64,000 nt of DNA from Candidatus Kapaibacterium sp. (GTDB lineage: Bacteria; Bacteroidota; Ignavibacteria; Kapaibacteriales; UBA2268). The position numbers and the translations under genes are program-made. The stretch's first letter is position 1. Each line of letters opens with the position of its first letter. Shown here one piece after another: positions 59,488-64,000 of the stretch. Below the pieces are notes generated by a model. It was given only the letters and a program-made list of their open reading frames with translations, was not told where the DNA came from and did no database searches. The stretch is from positions 2,528,001 through 2,592,000 of the forward strand of contig OY761611.1 of NCBI GenBank assembly GCA_963664875.1. Reading direction: 5' to 3'.

Positions 59488-62147
59488 TGAACTATCCAAT
59501 TTGGGAACTCTTGACAGTTGGCGGTCCAACTTTGATTGCAATTATAGCAGTTATTCACGTTTATCTGGCTCACCTTGCAGTAGGTGGCGGTATGTTTATC
59601 TGGCTTACAGACAGAAAAGCATGGAAAGAAAACTCTCCTGAGATACATAGCTATGTAAAAAGCCACACTAACTTCTTCTTACTACTGACTATGGTTTTTG
59701 GTGGTGTTACAGGAGTAGGTATTTGGTTTGTGATTGCTCTCGTTAACCCGGCGGGTACATCAGCATTGATACATAATTTTGTATTTGGCTGGGCTATTGA
59801 GTGGGTGTTCTTTCTTGGTGAAATAGTTGCTCTATTGCTCTATCACTACTATTTTGATAAAATGGGTAAAAAAGCAAGACAAATATTGTCATTTTTCTAT
59901 TTCCTTTTTGCATGGCTTAGTTTGTTTATTATCAACGGCATATTGTCTTTTATGCTTACTCCGGGGACTTGGCTTGAAAACGGAAACTTCTGGGCTGGCT
60001 TCTTCAATCCTACATTCTTCCCGTCATTAGTCTTCAGAACATTTCTGACTATAATGGTTGCAGGATTGTTTGGTTTTGTTACTATAGTTTTCAAACCTGA
60101 TTCTGACTTTAGAACTAAAATGCTCCGATATAGCAGTAAATGGATGCTTCTTGCACTGATAGCATCTGCTGTGTTTGCTTTTGTTTACTATTGGGCAGTG
60201 CCACAACATATTATAGACACTAACTTTGGATTGAATCCACAGATGTCTCCGCTCATTTCCAAACTGCTTTATAGTGGAGTTGCAATAGCTATTCTGGGCA
60301 TTTTCTTCTTGCTACGTACAAGTCGTGCTTTGCAGCAGGTGCTTGTTTTTGTTCTTGTTCTTATTGGATTATCTCTTTTTGGTGCATTTGAATATATCAG
60401 AGAAGTTGCCCGTAAACCTTATGTTATCGGCGAATATATGTATTCGAATGGTATTTTGAAAAGCGAGATAGAAACATTACAGAAAGATGGCTTTTTGAAA
60501 CATGCTAAATGGGTGCAATACGACGAAGTTACAGAAGAAAATAAATTAGAAGTTGGTAGAGAGATATTTCGAGCTCAATGCCTAAGCTGCCACACTATCA
60601 ACGGTTGGCGAAATGACATTGTAGAACGGACAAATCTTTATACTTATACAGGAATGATTTCTGAGATGAACGGTATGGGCAAAACTTTGACTTATATGCC
60701 GCCTTTCGCAGGAAATCAAGATGAAATTGAAGCAGTTGCTGCTTATATTATAGCATCATTACAAAATAAAGAGCTTAAAACATTTCCAGAACCATATAAG
60801 CAACAGGAAATTGAAGCCAAAGTTGCCGGTTTTGATCCAGAGAAAGATGAATACGTGCTTCTTGCATGGAACGACTTAGGAATGCACTGTATATCAGATT
60901 CTGATCCGTGGTTTGTGATATTACCACCGGCTAATGGTTTGGAAGCTGTTCTAATCAAACGTGGCGAAACTCCGCAGATAATTAAAGAAGGTGTTGAACT
61001 CTTCTATACTCCGGAAGAAGGATTTGAAAATCCGTCTAAACATGTAAAATTCTGGGAATACTCCGAAAAGCTTTTTGGAGCAAAATTAGACAAAACTATG
61101 GGACTTTTTGGTCATGGTATTCGAGGAAAGCTTGAGCTAAACGAAAACGGAGATGCTTATGTAGCTCATGGTATTCCTGTTGTTCCTTATAATGATAATG
61201 GGAACTATAATCCTTATCCTTATTTTAAAATTGAAGCTAAAGACAAGAGTGGCAAAATGCTTGCTTCTACCTATGTCGTCGCTCCTACCTCAACTGAAAT
61301 GGGCTGTCGTAACTGCCACGGTGGACCTTGGAGAATCGAAGGCAATTCAGGTGTTTCAGATATTACCGCTATAAATATTTTATCTGCACATGACAGAATA
61401 AATGGAACAACTTTACTTAAAGATGCTGAAAAAGGCAGCCCTGTGCTATGCTCAAGCTGCCACAGAGACCCTGCAACCAAATCACAAGGTAAGCCTGAGC
61501 TTCGCAGTCTTTCTGCTTCTTTGCACGGATGGCATGCTAACTATATGCAACATTATTCCGGTGCAAAAGCCTGCGTAATGTGTCATCCATCTTCGCCGGA
61601 TGGCAATACTCTTTGTATGAGAGGTGTCCATGCCTCAATCGGTTTAGAGTGTACAGATTGTCATGGGGAGATTGATTTGCATGCTGCAGCCTTACTGAAA
61701 GGAGAAGAAGGTAAAAAATCTAATGACAGATTGCTCAAAAATTTAAAACCACAAGTGGCTTATGCTAATATTAAAGCAAGAAGCCCTTGGGTAAATCAAC
61801 CGAATTGTACTAAATGTCATGTTGACTATCAAATTCCGGAAGATCCTCAGGGTTCTGTAAATAACTGGGAAATGGAATTTAGTAAACTATTTAGGATTAC
61901 CACAGACAATGCCGGACTGAGATGCGAGGCTTGCCATGGCTCTCCTCACGCTCTTTACCCTGCTACCAATATTTACGGCAACAACCGTGATAACACACAA
62001 CCATTGCAATATATGGGAATACCTGCTCCTATTGGCTCAGATATGAAGTGTGAAACCTGCCATACTAAAAAAATGGATATGGAATTGCACCACGAACACA
62101 GTCTAAGACCATTCCGAAACAGGGATTTGATTGAAGTAAAAAAATAG
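59487..62147 (+). CDS. Cytochrome bd subunit-I-like membrane domain fused to an octaheme c-type cytochrome region
   Basis: HVYLAH, GGVTGVGIW, WAIEWVFFLGE, SFMLTPG, FFNP, EYIREVARKPY; eight CxxCH (CLSCH, CRNCH, CSSCH, CVMCH, CTDCH, CTKCH, CEACH, CETCH). Confidence 0.85.
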   Translation: MNYPIWELLTVGGPTLIAIIAVIHVYLAHLAVGGGMFIWLTDRKAWKENSPEIHSYVKSHTNFFLLLTMVFGGVTGVGIWFVIALVNPAGTSALIHNFVFGWAIEWVFFLGEIVALLLYHYYFDKMGKKARQILSFFYFLFAWLSLFIINGILSFMLTPGTWLENGNFWAGFFNPTFFPSLVFRTFLTIMVAGLFGFVTIVFKPDSDFRTKMLRYSSKWMLLALIASAVFAFVYYWAVPQHIIDTNFGLNPQMSPLISKLLYSGVAIAILGIFFLLRTSRALQQVLVFVLVLIGLSLFGAFEYIREVARKPYVIGEYMYSNGILKSEIETLQKDGFLKHAKWVQYDEVTEENKLEVGREIFRAQCLSCHTINGWRNDIVERTNLYTYTGMISEMNGMGKTLTYMPPFAGNQDEIEAVAAYIIASLQNKELKTFPEPYKQQEIEAKVAGFDPEKDEYVLLAWNDLGMHCISDSDPWFVILPPANGLEAVLIKRGETPQIIKEGVELFYTPEEGFENPSKHVKFWEYSEKLFGAKLDKTMGLFGHGIRGKLELNENGDAYVAHGIPVVPYNDNGNYNPYPYFKIEAKDKSGKMLASTYVVAPTSTEMGCRNCHGGPWRIEGNSGVSDITAINILSAHDRINGTTLLKDAEKGSPVLCSSCHRDPATKSQGKPELRSLSASLHGWHANYMQHYSGAKACVMCHPSSPDGNTLCMRGVHASIGLECTDCHGEIDLHAAALLKGEEGKKSNDRLLKNLKPQVAYANIKARSPWVNQPNCTKCHVDYQIPEDPQGSVNNWEMEFSKLFRITTDNAGLRCEACHGSPHALYPATNIYGNNRDNTQPLQYMGIPAPIGSDMKCETCHTKKMDMELHHEHSLRPFRNRDLIEVKK

Positions 62148-62407
62148 TCTCTATGTCCTCCATAAAGACAGCACCAAATGCCCGATTGTATATTTTGTAC
62201 GGTCGGGCTTAGTATTTTATTAATACCCTTGTGTGTTTTTTATATGTTGTTAAGTGCGGTAAGATAGCTAAAGATTGGAAATAGAACACCTTATAAATCC
62301 AACTATATAGTATGTATTTATTTAAAAATGAAAGGCGAATTTAGGGCTCCGCCTTCTTTGAAATAGTATTAAATCCCTAACTTTAATACTAATCTATTTG
62401 TAAACTT

Positions 62408-63286
62408 CTATGCAATAATTCCTGCCTGCTTCATAGCACGTATAATTCGAGTAACTCCGATACCACCACCAAATCGTGGTGTCATTTCAAGGCTAAGGAA
62501 ACTTTCGAGCTCTTTTTGCACTCTGTCTTTGCCAAATTGTGCATAAAGTAAGTCTGCATATCCGCCATCTGAAATAGTGTGGAATCTGTTTAGCATTATA
62601 TCTGAGTCTATTTCACGCTCTGCACTCCCGATTGTCTCCATGCCGTAAAGAATCACATCAACTTTATTAGAGTGGCTACCGCTGTCGTTTCGTTTCATGT
62701 TCCAGAAGGGTGAAGTATGCTCAGGGAAGTTTTTGATAAAGACTACTGGGCTTATTTCGTCATTCATTTTTGTTTCGTGTTCAGCCTTTAGCTCTTTTAC
62801 TCCATAAATATTTGCAAGGTCGTCGTAATCATATTGTAGATATTCATTTTGTCTTACAAAGTTGCCTTGCCCCTGTAAGTCGCCTTCTTTCTTGAATCCA
62901 ATGAACTCGAGGAGCTCTATCTCCATATTGATAAGTTCGTCCATACCGCCGCGAGCTTCAAACTCGAACATTGGGAAAATCAAGTCGTGTCTGCCCGGGA
63001 TAGGATTAGCTTCCTGTCTGTAAGAGGTGGACTGGCAGAATACGCCTTCAAAGTCTTTGTTTTTCAACAAATCAACTTCTAAATCCATCTGACCTGTTTG
63101 TTTGAGTGGCCACACCTGACCTGAGTAGTTAAAAGAAGATATAGTAGAAGGGTCTTCGCAAGCTGCCAAGATGCTTAAGCGAGGCTGAGCAGCCACCTCA
63201 ATAAACCCTTTCTTTTCGAAGAAAGCTCTCATTGTTTTCACAGCCTGATGGTAGCTAATAGAGTTGATTGTTTCATGGACGTACAT
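62408..63286 (-). CDS. Class IIb aminoacyl-tRNA synthetase catalytic-core paralog lacking the anticodon domain (AsnRS-like; probable tRNA-independent asparagine synthetase)
   Basis: Motif 1 MRAFF.KKGFIEV, motif 2 SYRQE...RH...F.M.EFE, motif 3 GGGIGVTR; only 292 aa. Confidence 0.75.
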   Translation of the reverse strand: MYVHETINSISYHQAVKTMRAFFEKKGFIEVAAQPRLSILAACEDPSTISSFNYSGQVWPLKQTGQMDLEVDLLKNKDFEGVFCQSTSYRQEANPIPGRHDLIFPMFEFEARGGMDELINMEIELLEFIGFKKEGDLQGQGNFVRQNEYLQYDYDDLANIYGVKELKAEHETKMNDEISPVVFIKNFPEHTSPFWNMKRNDSGSHSNKVDVILYGMETIGSAEREIDSDIMLNRFHTISDGGYADLLYAQFGKDRVQKELESFLSLEMTPRFGGGIGVTRIIRAMKQAGIIA

Positions 63287-63311
63287 TTTAGGACTCCTTT
63301 ATTTAAACCGA

Positions 63312-63345
63312 TAAAAAAAAAGCCCGTCATAAAAAATGACGGGCT
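63312..63345 (-). terminator. Terminator in the 5' leader of the AsnRS-like gene (attenuator candidate)
   Basis: Minus strand AGCCCGTCAT-N5-ATGACGGGCT followed by a long U-run, about 26 nt before the start codon. Confidence 0.8.
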
Positions 63346-63347
63346 GT

Positions 63348-63407
63348 CTATATTGCATTTGCAATTTGGACTATTTTAGTTTTGTCTTTTGACTTATATA
63401 GCTTCAT
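63348..63407 (-). CDS. Candidate leader peptide MKLYKSKDKTKIVQIANAI
   Basis: ATG at 63407; TAG ends 2 nt before the terminator stem; downstream of a TATATTTG promoter element. Confidence 0.4.
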   Translation of the reverse strand: MKLYKSKDKTKIVQIANAI

Positions 63408-63442
63408 TAGTATATTCTATCATTCGTACAGGATAAATTTAG

Positions 63443-63473
63443 CAAATATAGGAAATAAAAAATTATGATGCAA
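63443..63473 (-). promoter_or_regulatory. Bacteroidota-type promoter (TTG-N20-TATATTTG) for the leader and AsnRS-like gene
   Basis: CAAATATA at 63443-63450 and CAA at 63471-63473 on the + strand. Confidence 0.55.
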
Positions 63474-63536
63474 GATATTATTTTAACAAGACAGCTAGAT
63501 AATATAATATGATTATGTATAATGTTCTTTTATCCT

Positions 63537-63905
63537 ACTCACCTTGCTCCGTTCGGTTATGGAAACGGGTTTGGTGGGTTTGCCTTTCCCCCGGGCTAAT
63601 ATCTTTGAGCCTTTCAGGCTCTCTACTTATATTCTCAGCCTGTAAGGCTGGCATCAGTAGCACAGGGTGCAGCCCTGTGAAAGAGATTTTCCATTTTTTT
63701 CAAGCCCTGTAAGGGCGTTACACACAGACCACTCACCTCGCTCCGCTCGATTATGGAAACGGGGATGGTGGGTTTGCCTTTTCCCCGGGGCGCTGCCCCG
63801 GGCTATTTGCTTTCAGCCTTTCAGGCTCGTTTTTTTGAATTTTTGGCACTAAATCCTCTCCATTCCCCTCTTGAGGGGTGGATCGTCGCAGACGAGACGG
63901 GGTGG
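63537..63905. repeat. Cluster of REP-like GC-rich palindromes within an imperfect ~85-100 bp direct repeat
   Basis: Direct repeats ~63537-63620 and ~63731-63828; palindromes AGCCTTTCAGGCT (x2), CAGCCTGTAAGGCTG, CACAGGGTGCAGCCCTGTG, GCCCTGTAAGGGC, CCCGGGGCGCTGCCCCGGG, CCCCTCTTGAGGGG. Confidence 0.8.
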
Positions 63906-64000
63906 ATAAGAACCATATCCAAATCACTACCCCCGAAAATATTAACGCTAAGATTATCTATACAAATTGCATTCTTTATGTTGTTTAAATTTGTTCTTCG

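Noticed and set aside
63290-63480. T-box riboswitch upstream of the aaRS-like gene
   Set aside because: No T-box UGGNACC consensus, and the leader is too short
63509-63852. Two short ORFs (67 and 61 aa) with similar RLWKR.WWVCL sequences
   Set aside because: The similarity comes from the non-coding direct repeat and palindromes; no RBS or coding signature
63537-63905. CRISPR array
   Set aside because: No constant-length repeats with unique spacers; no cas genes

Overview
AT-rich chromosomal window from an FCB-group bacterium, most likely Kapabacteria/Ignavibacteria-like. This lineage call is inferred from the many T9SS C-terminal sorting domains (CTDs), batB-E, a GWxTD protein, grpE-dnaJ without dnaK, and TAnnTTTG promoters. 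Housekeeping genes (2-oxoacid dehydrogenase E2, grpE, dnaJ, comEA, topA, S41 protease, birA, coaX, mreB, arcA) are interspersed with accessory loci. These include two tandem arrays of T9SS cargo paralogs with homogenised ends and variable cores (plus an orphan CTD relic), and nrfHA nitrite ammonification genes. There is also a pentaheme c-type cytochrome ending in a T9SS-like sorting domain, and a PsiE-like / CydA-like / CydA-octaheme-cytochrome-c operon. An AsnRS catalytic-core paralog sits behind a leader-peptide/terminator attenuator-like structure. Non-coding features include a MITE-like nested inverted repeat, REP-like clusters and a candidate structured sRNA/leader. No rRNA, tRNA, CRISPR array, transposase, integrase or reverse transcriptase was seen. 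All family calls come from motif recognition by eye, not from database searches.
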